Shown: positions 1 through 8,910 of the stretch, piece by piece
Numbering within the stretch: position 1 is the first letter of the stretch
How the letters are laid out: each line of letters opens with the position of its first letter
Assembly: GCA_038207085.1 (NCBI GenBank)
Contig: JBBRAE010000007.1
Location: forward strand, 32,001 to 96,000
Direction of reading: 5' to 3'
Source of the DNA: Armatimonadota bacterium
Lineage (GTDB): Bacteria; Armatimonadota; UBA5829; DTLH01
Length of the DNA: 64,000 nt
The notes under the pieces: model-generated
The model's database searches: none
What the model saw: the letters and a program-made list of their open reading frames with translations, nothing else
What the model was told of the DNA's origin: nothing
Made by a program: the position numbers and the translations under genes

Positions 1-1527
1 TTACCTCGCGGAATAAAAAACAAGTGGTACGATATACTGCAGAGCCCTGATAGCAGGAGCGTCCTTGGCTTGAAAGGCAGCGGCAAGATCCGAATCAGTG
101 AGTTTAATGCCGCAATTGGCGCCAATTACGACTCGTTCAAGCGTGTTCCGTATGCTCCCGCAAACGATTCGCCCAAGAAGCTGCAGATGCTCTGGAATAA
201 GTTCATCACTGAAGTTGTCCCTATATGTGAAGCCAGGCCGTTTCCTATGAAATCGGCATGGCTTAATGCTCTCAGTGCTCCGGACGTGCGCAAATTGGCT
301 GGGTTCCCTGGTGACACTCCGGTCACGATTGATGACTATAACCGGGCGTTTGGAACTAACTTCAAGTCTCTGGTGGATACGCCATTCCCGGTCCCCGCCG
401 ATGCGCCAGCAAATATGAAGGCCGCGTATCAGAAATTCGTCCAGAGTTACTATCCTGCGCGCATGATCGAACTGAAGACCACACCTGCGATGAACGCCGC
501 ATTCCGAGATTACGTCAAGGGAATGTTCTATGGCGATCTGAAGACCGCTAACACGACGCTGAAGACCCACTACAATTCGTGGGACGATGTCAAACTCTCA
601 GCTACGATGCCTACAGTAAACGATGCCATCGCCGGCGCGTGGTTCAGGTTTGTTGACACCCTGCCCTACTCAACAAAGATCACTCACAGCTCAGAGGCAA
701 GCTATCAGCAATATTTGCTCAAGAAGCATGGTAGCCTTGCTGAGGTCAACAGGCTTTACGGCACGGACTATAAGAATATTGAGCTGGCGTCGCCAAGATT
801 CGACATGGCCTACCTCACCACGTTCGTGAAGAACGAGCGTCCGCTTTACATTGCATCGCTTACTCAGAACTATGATTTCGTGCTTCACTATATGCTCTTC
901 CGGGGCCGTGCGGTTGCCAACACGACGATACTTATCGCACTGATGCTCCTCGCGTCGCTTACAGTCAACCCGCTTGCGGCTTACGCCCTGTCACGCTTCC
1001 AGATGAGAGCGACCCCGACTGTTATTCTCTTTATGCTCTCGACTATGGCGTTTCCTGCGGCTGTTTCGATGATCCCGGGTTACCTATTGATGAGGGACCT
1101 GCATCTTCTAAACACCTACGCAGCGCTTATTCTACCAAGTGTAGCAAACGGCATGAGCATATTCCTGTTGAAGGGGTTCTTTGACAGCCTGCCGCCGGAA
1201 CTCTATGAGGCTGCAGCTCTAGATGGTGCGCCAGAGTGGCTTGTGTTCGTGCGGATCACACTGCCACTCTCAAAACCGATTCTCGCAGTTATCGCACTTG
1301 GAAGTTTCTTTGCCGCATACGGCTCGTGGGAGTGGGCGATTATCGTATGTCAGAAGCCGCAGATGTGGACCCTTGCGGTTTGGCTGTATCAGTTCAATAC
1401 CACGTATGCATCCCTGCCTTGGACAGTTATGGCATCGTTTGTTCTGATGTCGGTACCCGTGTTCGTGGTGTTCCTGCTCTGCCAGAACATCATCCTGCGC
1501 GGTATCATCCTGCCGCAGATGAAGTAA
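1..1527 (+). CDS. Carbohydrate ABC transporter permease (MalG-type) with large extracytoplasmic insertion; 5' end lies outside the window
   Basis: Frame is open from base 1. C-terminal TM domain has the EAA loop (ELYEAAALDGA) and LPLSKPIL motif. Confidence 0.9.
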   Translation, partial: LPRGIKNKWYDILQSPDSRSVLGLKGSGKIRISEFNAAIGANYDSFKRVPYAPANDSPKKLQMLWNKFITEVVPICEARPFPMKSAWLNALSAPDVRKLAGFPGDTPVTIDDYNRAFGTNFKSLVDTPFPVPADAPANMKAAYQKFVQSYYPARMIELKTTPAMNAAFRDYVKGMFYGDLKTANTTLKTHYNSWDDVKLSATMPTVNDAIAGAWFRFVDTLPYSTKITHSSEASYQQYLLKKHGSLAEVNRLYGTDYKNIELASPRFDMAYLTTFVKNERPLYIASLTQNYDFVLHYMLFRGRAVANTTILIALMLLASLTVNPLAAYALSRFQMRATPTVILFMLSTMAFPAAVSMIPGYLLMRDLHLLNTYAALILPSVANGMSIFLLKGFFDSLPPELYEAAALDGAPEWLVFVRITLPLSKPILAVIALGSFFAAYGSWEWAIIVCQKPQMWTLAVWLYQFNTTYASLPWTVMASFVLMSVPVFVVFLLCQNIILRGIILPQMK

Positions 1528-1555
1528 ACCGGCCAAGCAGTCCATACTTGAGACC

Positions 1556-1594
1556 ATAGGGAGCCTCTCGAAGTTCGAGAAGCTCCCTATTTTT
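1556..1594. terminator. Hairpin terminator between convergent genes
   Basis: ATAGGGAGC-CTCTCGAAGTTCGAGAA-GCTCCCTAT followed by TTTT. Confidence 0.6.
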
Positions 1595-2801
1595 GTCTGT
1601 CGCTTGCGCGGGGCCGCTGCCGCATCATGGTGCGCTTGGTAGTGATCGAGAGGTCTGAAGATGCTATTTCGCTCAGGCTCCGCGGGGTCGATGTGACCGC
1701 ACAGACCTGCATTGCTCCACCATTGGACTTCTTCGAACACGCTGCAGTCGCTATGAGGCATGCCGCCCCTGCTGTGACAAGCAGCGTGAAGTTGCCCTTC
1801 GACTTGCGCTGTGGCTGAGGCTTCTCCTCCAGCCCAGCATCAACCGCTGATGCGACGATCTCTTCGCACCGGGAGGACTTCCGCAGCGCGGCAAGGTTTT
1901 GCGCTATCGTCGGGTCAGGACTGCTCATGAGGCCGTCCAGAACAGAACGCACAAACGACGCGTACGCCCCCACCCTTACAGCCGCCGGCTCGTCTGGATC
2001 GGTCTCGACCAGAAACGCGCATATCCCCCGAGATAGCAGTGCTCGGTGGGCGAGCCTGTTGTCGCATTCCGGTCCGTAGTAAATCGGTTTGAGTGGAAGA
2101 ACGTTCCCCTGCCCTGCTCTGAACGCATACGCCGACAATCGCCTGGCGAGCATGTTCTGTGGCGTGTCACCGAAGGCTGGAGCTTCAATGCAGTCAGGTG
2201 TGTGGGGGTCGTCGCTCGTCCACTCGTGCATGTCGATCACGACCTCGGGACGAAACCTCTTGATGAACCTCAACACCGACGCCGTCTCCGGCTGCGTTGC
2301 ACATGCCCAGTCTCTGTTCAAGTCAGACATTGCGGCGTTTAGGCGCCTGTGGGCAGAAAAGCCGTCGGGGTTTACTATCGGGATGACAGCGACGACGCAC
2401 TTACTGAGCGTTTCCACGGGAAACTCTCTGCTGCCGACAGCGATCTGGTCGCAGATGTCGAGCGCGGCCCGCACGGGCGTCGGTTCGTTGCCGTGCTGAC
2501 CGGATATGACAAGAACCCTCGTTCGCTTGTTATAGCTGGATGGGTCACGACTCGGCTCCGTGAGTATTACGGCTTTGATCGGCCGCCCGTGCCTTGATCG
2601 ACCGATCTGGGTGACTCCAGCGCCCGAAAGCGTCTCAAGTCGCTCCAGTCTATCTTCCACACGCGCACAGACGTCTGCGGCCCGCGCGGAACCGGCGACA
2701 AGCATCGACGCCCCGAGGCCGAGGGCCAATATCGATACGGCTAACCTGTTCCGTTTGGGTAGATTCGATCGCCTAATGGCGGTTATCGAGGAACCGCGCA
2801 T
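1587..2801 (-). CDS. Secreted M14-family zinc carboxypeptidase
   Basis: HGNE, NPDG, DLNRDW, DMHEW and VET motifs; N-terminal signal-like hydrophobic stretch; start uncertain. Confidence 0.85.
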   Translation of the reverse strand: MRGSSITAIRRSNLPKRNRLAVSILALGLGASMLVAGSARAADVCARVEDRLERLETLSGAGVTQIGRSRHGRPIKAVILTEPSRDPSSYNKRTRVLVISGQHGNEPTPVRAALDICDQIAVGSREFPVETLSKCVVAVIPIVNPDGFSAHRRLNAAMSDLNRDWACATQPETASVLRFIKRFRPEVVIDMHEWTSDDPHTPDCIEAPAFGDTPQNMLARRLSAYAFRAGQGNVLPLKPIYYGPECDNRLAHRALLSRGICAFLVETDPDEPAAVRVGAYASFVRSVLDGLMSSPDPTIAQNLAALRKSSRCEEIVASAVDAGLEEKPQPQRKSKGNFTLLVTAGAACLIATAACSKKSNGGAMQVCAVTSTPRSLSEIASSDLSITTKRTMMRQRPRASDRQK

Positions 2802-3231
2802 CGTTCCTTGCCGGAGGTCGGTGGTAGACGTTCTTCAGCTCCCTGTGGCGTGTCATTGAACGAAGCTCGACCTCGACCTCTTTCAGTTCTCCAGCAAGCG
2901 CAGTCTGACATTCCATCTGTTTGCCGAGAAGCCTCGCCTGTTCCGCCTCCACCTGCTCAATCGCGGCCCCAAGTTCTTTACCAATCCCACCGGTCTCTGC
3001 AACGGTCAATTTCACCGCAGCGCTCAGTTCGAACGCAGCTTCTGTCACGCGGCGACAGAGCGCTGCGCGGGTATCGAGCATCGACCCAACGATGCTTTGA
3101 TCGTCCTCCCACAGCCGAATCGCAGTGGTGAGATCATCGGTCGTCTGCTCAGCGGCGAGAAGCGCCTGGACGCAGTTCTTTGCCGCATCAATGGCCTGTT
3201 CCTGACTGTTCTTCTGCGCGGTTGCTATCAT
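2773..3231 (-). CDS. Hypothetical helical protein, possible FliT/FlgN-like flagellar chaperone
   Basis: Coiled-coil-like sequence directly downstream of fliS, the usual fliT position. Confidence 0.55.
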   Translation of the reverse strand: MIATAQKNSQEQAIDAAKNCVQALLAAEQTTDDLTTAIRLWEDDQSIVGSMLDTRAALCRRVTEAAFELSAAVKLTVAETGGIGKELGAAIEQVEAEQARLLGKQMECQTALAGELKEVEVELRSMTRHRELKNVYHRPPARNDARFLDNRH

Positions 3232-3233
3232 AT

Positions 3234-3656
3234 CTATCGAGCCCCCACAGCCATCGCGGCGGTCGCAGACGGAATACCCGAACGGACGACCATTTCAGCC
3301 TCAGACCAGGTCTGACGCATCTCAGCCAGCATCTCAATGACCTCCGCAAGCGCTGCCTGGTCATCGGTAATGCTCGCATGTGTCAACCTGTCGAACATGA
3401 AGCTGTAGAGGCCGTATAGATCGTCGGCAAGCTTGGGATCGGCCTTTTTGTTCAGAGTGGACATCAGCTCAACTAGAATATTCTGCACTCGTCTGATGTT
3501 TCTGCTCTGTTCGTCGAGGTTATGCTCCTGCATGCTCTCCGTCGCGGCTTTTGCAAACTTAATCGCAGCATCGAAGGTCATCACCAGGAGCTTTCCCGGC
3601 GTCGCTGTCTTTAACTGGTTCTCCAAATACTGATTGTATGGGTTACTGGTAATCAT
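3234..3656 (-). CDS. fliS: Flagellin export chaperone FliS
   Basis: NPYNQY...TATPGKLLVMTFD, QNILVELMSTL, LYSFM motifs; ATG at 3656 preceded by a purine-rich SD. Confidence 0.93.
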   Translation of the reverse strand: MITSNPYNQYLENQLKTATPGKLLVMTFDAAIKFAKAATESMQEHNLDEQSRNIRRVQNILVELMSTLNKKADPKLADDLYGLYSFMFDRLTHASITDDQAALAEVIEMLAEMRQTWSEAEMVVRSGIPSATAAMAVGAR

Positions 3657-3724
3657 GGCATCCTGCCTTTCCTCTCCTTCGTAAACGGCGCATTTACCGT
3701 TCACGTCCTACGTCGGAGGTTACT

Positions 3725-6094
3725 TTACAACCGCCATCCTGCGGATGCTGAAGCGAGTGACGACGACAGGGAACTGCCCTGCCCTTGTAGTCTGCTCATA
3801 GCCCCTTCCATCAGGGCAAACTTGGTAACTAGAAACTCGCGCTTCCGTGTGACACGGTCTTCCCACATCTTGATTTCTTCGTCAATGCTGGTCGTCTGTG
3901 TTGTGAGAAGGTCTTTTGAACTCGAAACGGCTCCTGTCTTGGCTTGTGTGACATTGTCCAGATACTCGCTGAAGAGAGCACCGATACCCTTGCTCACGGT
4001 TATCTTGCCGAGGTCGCCCATAGTCGTAGCCGTAATTTTGAGCGCCAGGCCATCGGTATTGGCGTTGCCGTCGTTGCCGGTCAGTATTTGACCTCTTCCG
4101 GTAGCCAACTCGCCGTTTATCGTTCCCGCAACGTCCTGTCCGATTGTTCCTGTCCCCGTGCCTGACTCACCCGATGAACTACCGACGACAAGCTCGTTCC
4201 TGCCGAATCCGTCAGTGTCGTCAGTGGGATCATCCCCACCGTTTGACACACCTGAGCGCACCGTGATCGTCTTAGGAGAGCCGGATTGCGTGGCCGTAAG
4301 CGTGAGATAGTCACCTGTCCCCTGTCCGTTGATGTCGGTCCGAGAGGCGACGACTCCGGTTGTCCCCGTATACTCGTTGATCTTATCGGCCACCTGCTGC
4401 CCGGTCATGTTCATGGTCAGGGCTATTACCTTGCCGTTGACCGTAATCGTCTGGTCTTTCCCGATAGTCTTTGTCAGTGCGACGCCCGCAGTTATGCGTG
4501 AGATAAAGTCCGATCCACTAGTCGTAACGCCACCAGTGCCAGTACCGGCCTCGCCTTTGACGCTGCTCTGCACGATCTGCACGGTTCCGAATCCCGAGGT
4601 AGCATTATTTGGAACTGTGCCGCCATTGGATGTGTTCGAGACTACCTTGATGACCTTGGATGATCCGTAAGCGGACGCCGTCAGCGTAAGATAGTCACCC
4701 GATCCTGTGCCGTCGATGCCGGTCCGCGACGCGGTGACGCCGGTGCTGTTCTTAAACTCGTTGATCCTTGCGATCACCTGGGTGGGAGTCAGACCAGAGG
4801 AGAGCGTGATATCCTTGCCATTGACCGAGATCGTCTCATCCTGCCCGAGGTTCGATGTCTGAGCTACGCCTGAGGTCACGCGAGTCTGAGTAGCCGCGGT
4901 CGTAATGTTGACCGCATAGCCCGTGTTTGTTTCTTTGGTCTCAGCCTTGGCCGACGAAAGCGACACAAACGTGCTGTCGGCAGTACCCATAGTCGAGAAT
5001 AGCCGTTTGAGGTGCTCTGGACTGTCAGCGATCACTTCATCAAGCACGCTATCATCGATGGTAAGCTTGTTGTCACTGGACATCGACGTTATCCCGACCT
5101 GAGAGAGCATTATATACTTCGCTGATTTGTCACTTATCGGGCTGAACACTCGGTTTATCAAGTCGGACTGGATAGCCTGCAGCGTGGTGTCACCCATCAA
5201 CGGGCCACCCTTATTCGACGCAGAATCAAACTTGGACTGCTGGTTCATAAAATCTGTGAGGTTGTTATACTGTTCGACGAACTCTTTGATCGCCTTTTTC
5301 ACTTCTTCGGGATTATTCTCGAGTGTGATGGTCACAGTCTTTGACGCGTCATCCTTCTGAAGGTTCAGAGTGACTCCGGGGATCAAATCCGTGATTGTGT
5401 TTGCGCTCTTACTGACGGTGAGAGCTCCCTCCCCCTGTCCAAGAGTGACCGAGGCATTCCTGGCCGCCTGCATAATGCTTAGAGTCGGAGCCGTGCCACC
5501 CGAAAGTGTGCTCCCCACCGTCACCGCGCCGGACTCGCCGCTGGTCTTGCTGGTGATAACCAGACGATAGGGATTGGTTGCATCGCCATCATTTACGATA
5601 GCCGCCGCGACTCCCGCGTCTGCGTTGTTAATCGCGTTTTTGAGGCCTTCAAGGGTATTATTGGCGTCAGTGACCAATATTTCTTTGGGCGCGCCGCTTC
5701 CGACGGTGATCGTAATCTTCCCAGTCCCTACTCGGGTGCTCGTGGTGTCGGCGTAACCCTGGGATTTTTGCTGCTCCGCGCGTGCCGTCGCGTTGACTGT
5801 AACGTAGTAGATCCCGGACGATGCGCTTGAGTTCGCGGAACCCTTGATCAGAGTGTCATCACCCGTGGTAAAAGTCTTCGCATCGAAAGTCGATGGCTTT
5901 ACAAGAGTGTCGATCTTCTCCTTCACAGCGAGCAGGCGTGTATTTGCCGTCTGCCATGCGGCGATTTGGGTACTGACCGTGTCTTTCTTTGCCTGAAGCC
6001 GATCAATCGGCTGGCGCTCGATCTGGATCATCTTGTCGATGATCCCCTGGGTGTCCATACCGGATGCAAGCCCACTTACTACTGAAGATGCCAT
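3725..6094 (-). CDS. fliD: Flagellar filament cap FliD, long form (789 aa)
   Basis: SGLASGMDT N-terminus; C-terminal KFALMEGAMSRLQGQ; position between fliC and fliS. Confidence 0.93.
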   Translation of the reverse strand: MASSVVSGLASGMDTQGIIDKMIQIERQPIDRLQAKKDTVSTQIAAWQTANTRLLAVKEKIDTLVKPSTFDAKTFTTGDDTLIKGSANSSASSGIYYVTVNATARAEQQKSQGYADTTSTRVGTGKITITVGSGAPKEILVTDANNTLEGLKNAINNADAGVAAAIVNDGDATNPYRLVITSKTSGESGAVTVGSTLSGGTAPTLSIMQAARNASVTLGQGEGALTVSKSANTITDLIPGVTLNLQKDDASKTVTITLENNPEEVKKAIKEFVEQYNNLTDFMNQQSKFDSASNKGGPLMGDTTLQAIQSDLINRVFSPISDKSAKYIMLSQVGITSMSSDNKLTIDDSVLDEVIADSPEHLKRLFSTMGTADSTFVSLSSAKAETKETNTGYAVNITTAATQTRVTSGVAQTSNLGQDETISVNGKDITLSSGLTPTQVIARINEFKNSTGVTASRTGIDGTGSGDYLTLTASAYGSSKVIKVVSNTSNGGTVPNNATSGFGTVQIVQSSVKGEAGTGTGGVTTSGSDFISRITAGVALTKTIGKDQTITVNGKVIALTMNMTGQQVADKINEYTGTTGVVASRTDINGQGTGDYLTLTATQSGSPKTITVRSGVSNGGDDPTDDTDGFGRNELVVGSSSGESGTGTGTIGQDVAGTINGELATGRGQILTGNDGNANTDGLALKITATTMGDLGKITVSKGIGALFSEYLDNVTQAKTGAVSSSKDLLTTQTTSIDEEIKMWEDRVTRKREFLVTKFALMEGAMSRLQGQGSSLSSSLASASAGWRL

Positions 6095-6159
6095 CCAATC
6101 AACCTCCTTTCGATGCCTTACGCGGCTTTGTCTATATATAGACCGGGCCGAGTTTCAGT

Positions 6160-6187
6160 ATATCGTCCATTGCGTTTACCACCTTCT
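6160..6187 (-). promoter_or_regulatory. Weak sigma-28-like promoter upstream of fliD
   Basis: AGAAG-N15-GACGATAT on the minus strand. Confidence 0.4.
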
Positions 6188-6234
6188 GATGTGGCGCTTT
6201 TCCGATTGTCATGCTGGCCTCCTCTCAACCGAGA

Positions 6235-6271
6235 GTGGCGGCTGCCCGAGTTTCCCCGAGCAGCCGCCCAC
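6235..6271 (-). terminator. GC hairpin after fliC
   Basis: GGCGGCTGCTCGGG-GAAA-CTCGGGCAGCCGCC; weak U tail. Confidence 0.5.
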
Positions 6272-6294
6272 CAATCAGTGAAGGCTAGCCTTCA

Positions 6295-7113
6295 TTAACC
6301 TCTCAGGAGACCAAGCAGCGACTGAGGCGCCTGGTTTGCCTGGGTGAGCATCGCGGTGCCTGCCTGGAGAAGGATCTGGTTTCGTGTAAACTGAACCATT
6401 TCCGACGCCATATCGGCATCTCTGATCGAGCTCTCCGATGCTGCGATGTTCTCTTTCGCAACGCCGAGGGACGTGATGTTCGACTGCAGATCGCTCTGAG
6501 TTGCACCCAACGTAGCACGCAGTGTGGATACTGTCTTGATGGCATCGTCCAGCGCGGTAATCGATGCCTGTGCGCCAGAAGAGAGATTGAGCGCATCAAT
6601 ACCCAGAGAGACAGACGAAACGCTGTCAATGTCGACCGTGGTCAACTGTTGAGCGTTGGCGCCGACCTGGAATGCCAGGCTGTTTGCGCTGCCGTCAAGC
6701 AGTGTCTTGTTGCCGAACTGAGTGTTCGTCGCGATCCTGTCGAGCGCTGCTACAGCTGAATCGAGCTGAGTCTGGTCAGCCTCAAGGGCCGTTGAGTCGT
6801 TGGTTCCTGAGTTCGCCGCGTGCAGCGAAAGGTTTCGCATTGTGCGGAGAAGGTTGTGAACTTCTGACAGGGCTCCTTCTGCCGTCCGAATCAGGTTTAC
6901 GGCGTCGCTTGAGTTGGAGATAGCCTGGCCAAGACCACTGACCTGGGCTCGCAGGTTCTCTGAGATTGCAAGACCCGCCGGGTCGTCCGCTGCGCGGTTG
7001 ATCCGGTAGCCGCTTGACAGTCTCTCGATCGATCCCGCCAGGGACTGGTCTGTGCTGGAAAGCTGTCTCTGTGCATTCATTGCCGCCGTGTTAAGGTTGA
7101 TTCGAAGTGCCAT
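6295..7113 (-). CDS. fliC: Flagellin (minimal, D0/D1 only, 272 aa)
   Basis: MALRINLN, ERLSSGYRINRAADDPAGL, SIRDADMASEM; SD AAGGAGG. Confidence 0.97.
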   Translation of the reverse strand: MALRINLNTAAMNAQRQLSSTDQSLAGSIERLSSGYRINRAADDPAGLAISENLRAQVSGLGQAISNSSDAVNLIRTAEGALSEVHNLLRTMRNLSLHAANSGTNDSTALEADQTQLDSAVAALDRIATNTQFGNKTLLDGSANSLAFQVGANAQQLTTVDIDSVSSVSLGIDALNLSSGAQASITALDDAIKTVSTLRATLGATQSDLQSNITSLGVAKENIAASESSIRDADMASEMVQFTRNQILLQAGTAMLTQANQAPQSLLGLLRG

Positions 7114-7290
7114 TGTTTATGTTCCTCCTTGAGTTTAGGTCGAGCCCCCATCCTGGTGGGCCCGTTGGGCATCCTGCCCTAGAGATTGTGTTACCGGCCT
7201 GCTTATGCCCGCCCGGTTCCTTGCGCCGGCAAATCCGGAACCGTGGGTATCAACGGGTGAGCCGTCGTTTATGGCTCCGACCACCCATGA
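7114..7290 (-). promoter_or_regulatory. fliC leader with multiple CsrA-type GGA hairpins
   Basis: GGGC-AGGAT-GCCC, CC-AGGAT-GG, CAAGGAAC and CCGGATT, plus the SD AAGGAGGA. Confidence 0.65.
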
Positions 7291-7331
7291 ACCTTCGTAT
7301 CTATCGCCGCGATCGCCCCCTTTCAATTCCA

Positions 7332-7400
7332 AGGCGCTACCTGCGCCGTCCTCAACAGCAGACTAAAAGGCTGCGAAAGAGCAGGCGCTACCTGCGCCGT
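7332..7400. repeat. Two identical 18-bp palindromic direct repeats AGGCGCTACCTGCGCCGT
   Basis: Copies at 7332-7349 and 7383-7400 (period 51 bp). Confidence 0.9.
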
Positions 7401-7425
7401 GATATGGGAGCGGCCCCTCTGTTGT

Positions 7426-7505
7426 CTAGCCCGCTTTATTAGTGAAGCAAATAAGCTTTCGCTAACAGAGCATTATTCACGAGTAGCGTGAATAATGCGG
7501 GTTAG
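7426..7505. mobile_element. ~80-bp MITE-like element, family 1 (copy A)
   Basis: Ends CTAGCCCGCTTTATT ... AATAATGCGGGTTAG; close to the reverse complement of 26888-26968. Confidence 0.75.
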
Positions 7506-7966
7506 GCCGCCTTCGCCAGCTCTGGTGAAGACTCAACGCTCTCTTTCGCGCCTATCACGTGGCCTGTGCAGTATCTGTCATCAGAAAGCACTACCTGTGC
7601 GGCGCGAAGAGTGCGCGTATTCATAACGATCGGACCAACGAGGTTCGCTGTGACTTTGCCTGCATCCGGATAGATGGTGACCGTAGTCAGCATCGCCGCA
7701 TCAGACGAGTTTTTCAGTCCAAGGCTCGCCGCCTGGTCGTCAGGAATATCGATATCATAATCTGGGAAGAAGTCCACGGGGTTGATCACAACAAACGCGA
7801 TCCTTGGATCATCCACCGACTGCAGCCACTTGAACGCTGTGCCGGGTCGCTCCTCAAGAAGCACAAATCTCTTGCACCGCTCAATCCCGATCATCCCATC
7901 CGGCATGTCAAGCACGGACTGGTCATTTACCTCTACCGTTCCAAATCTTGTTGTCTCGACTATCAT
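7502..7966 (-). CDS. fliW: Flagellar assembly factor FliW (CsrA antagonist)
   Basis: TTRFG, FKWLQSVDDP, TANLVGPIV motifs. Confidence 0.93.
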   Translation of the reverse strand: MIVETTRFGTVEVNDQSVLDMPDGMIGIERCKRFVLLEERPGTAFKWLQSVDDPRIAFVVINPVDFFPDYDIDIPDDQAASLGLKNSSDAAMLTTVTIYPDAGKVTANLVGPIVMNTRTLRAAQVVLSDDRYCTGHVIGAKESVESSPELAKAA

Positions 7967-7992
7967 TGTGTCAGCACCCCTTAAAGCTTGGA

Positions 7993-8907
7993 TCAATTCA
8001 TATAATCTACTAAAGTCTGTTGGATAACTTTTCCGGCGGTCGAAAGGGCCGCCTGATAAACGTTCTGTTTGGTCTGGAGATCGATAATCGCTTCGGCCAT
8101 GTCCGCGTCCCTGGTCTTTGAAAGCAGGTTCTCTGTGCTCACCTTGGCATCGAGCATATTCTCCTTGGTTGTGGACAACCTGGCCTGTCTCGCACCGATC
8201 TGAGCCTGCGACGCTATCACATTGTTCAGATTGGCGTCTACACCGGTTAGGCTGCTCGATATCCCAGCCGTGTCACCCGCTTCTACCAGTTCGCTGAGAT
8301 TCTTCAGCATAGTGAATATGTCCGGTGCGCCTGCTGCGGCTGCACCGTTCATATTGAACACCGAATCGCCGTTGACCGTAGTCGTAGCGTAGTTCCCTGG
8401 CGATATCTGAATCGTGAGCTGGCCTTGGTCGCCTGCATAGTTGTAAGGCTCATTGCCTGTTGTAGTTTCAACGAACGGCTTCACGTTGCTCAAGCTTCCT
8501 GAAAAGATATAACGCCCCAGGGTCTGAGTGTTCGCCACGCTTGCAAGCTCTTCTGAGATGCCCTTGAGCTGGACCGAGATGCTCGTGCGCCCCTCTGGTG
8601 TGAGCGACGGGTTTGTCCCCTGGAGGGCAAGCTTTCTGACCTCCTGCATACGAGCTACCACGGTACCGAGAGCCGTGCTTGCCGAGTTGAGCTGGGTGGT
8701 AGCGACCTCTGTGTTGCGGCTGAACTGTGCGATCTCCGCCAGCGCTGTGTTCAGACTCATCACTCTGCCCGCGCCTGGGATATCGTCGCTCGGGCGCTGG
8801 ATGCGTTTGCCGGTCGAAGCCACGTCCTGCGCGTGGAGCATCTCCTCCGCACTTCCCATCAGGTTCGACTTGATCCGTCCGTTCATCATTCCCAGCGTGA
8901 TTCTCAT
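7993..8907 (-). CDS. flgL: Hook-associated protein 3 FlgL
   Basis: STGKRIQRPSDD, GRYIFSG, YQAAL. Confidence 0.95.
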   Translation of the reverse strand: MRITLGMMNGRIKSNLMGSAEEMLHAQDVASTGKRIQRPSDDIPGAGRVMSLNTALAEIAQFSRNTEVATTQLNSASTALGTVVARMQEVRKLALQGTNPSLTPEGRTSISVQLKGISEELASVANTQTLGRYIFSGSLSNVKPFVETTTGNEPYNYAGDQGQLTIQISPGNYATTTVNGDSVFNMNGAAAAGAPDIFTMLKNLSELVEAGDTAGISSSLTGVDANLNNVIASQAQIGARQARLSTTKENMLDAKVSTENLLSKTRDADMAEAIIDLQTKQNVYQAALSTAGKVIQQTLVDYMN

Positions 8908-8910
8908 CTA

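Noticed and set aside
7135..7332. 65-aa ORF at the expected csrA position
   Set aside because: No MLVLTRK/GIxAP CsrA motifs; it overlaps the fliC leader
7332..7400. Mini-CRISPR (palindromic repeat, 33-nt spacer, repeat)
   Set aside because: Repeats are only 18 bp, there are two copies, and no cas genes are present
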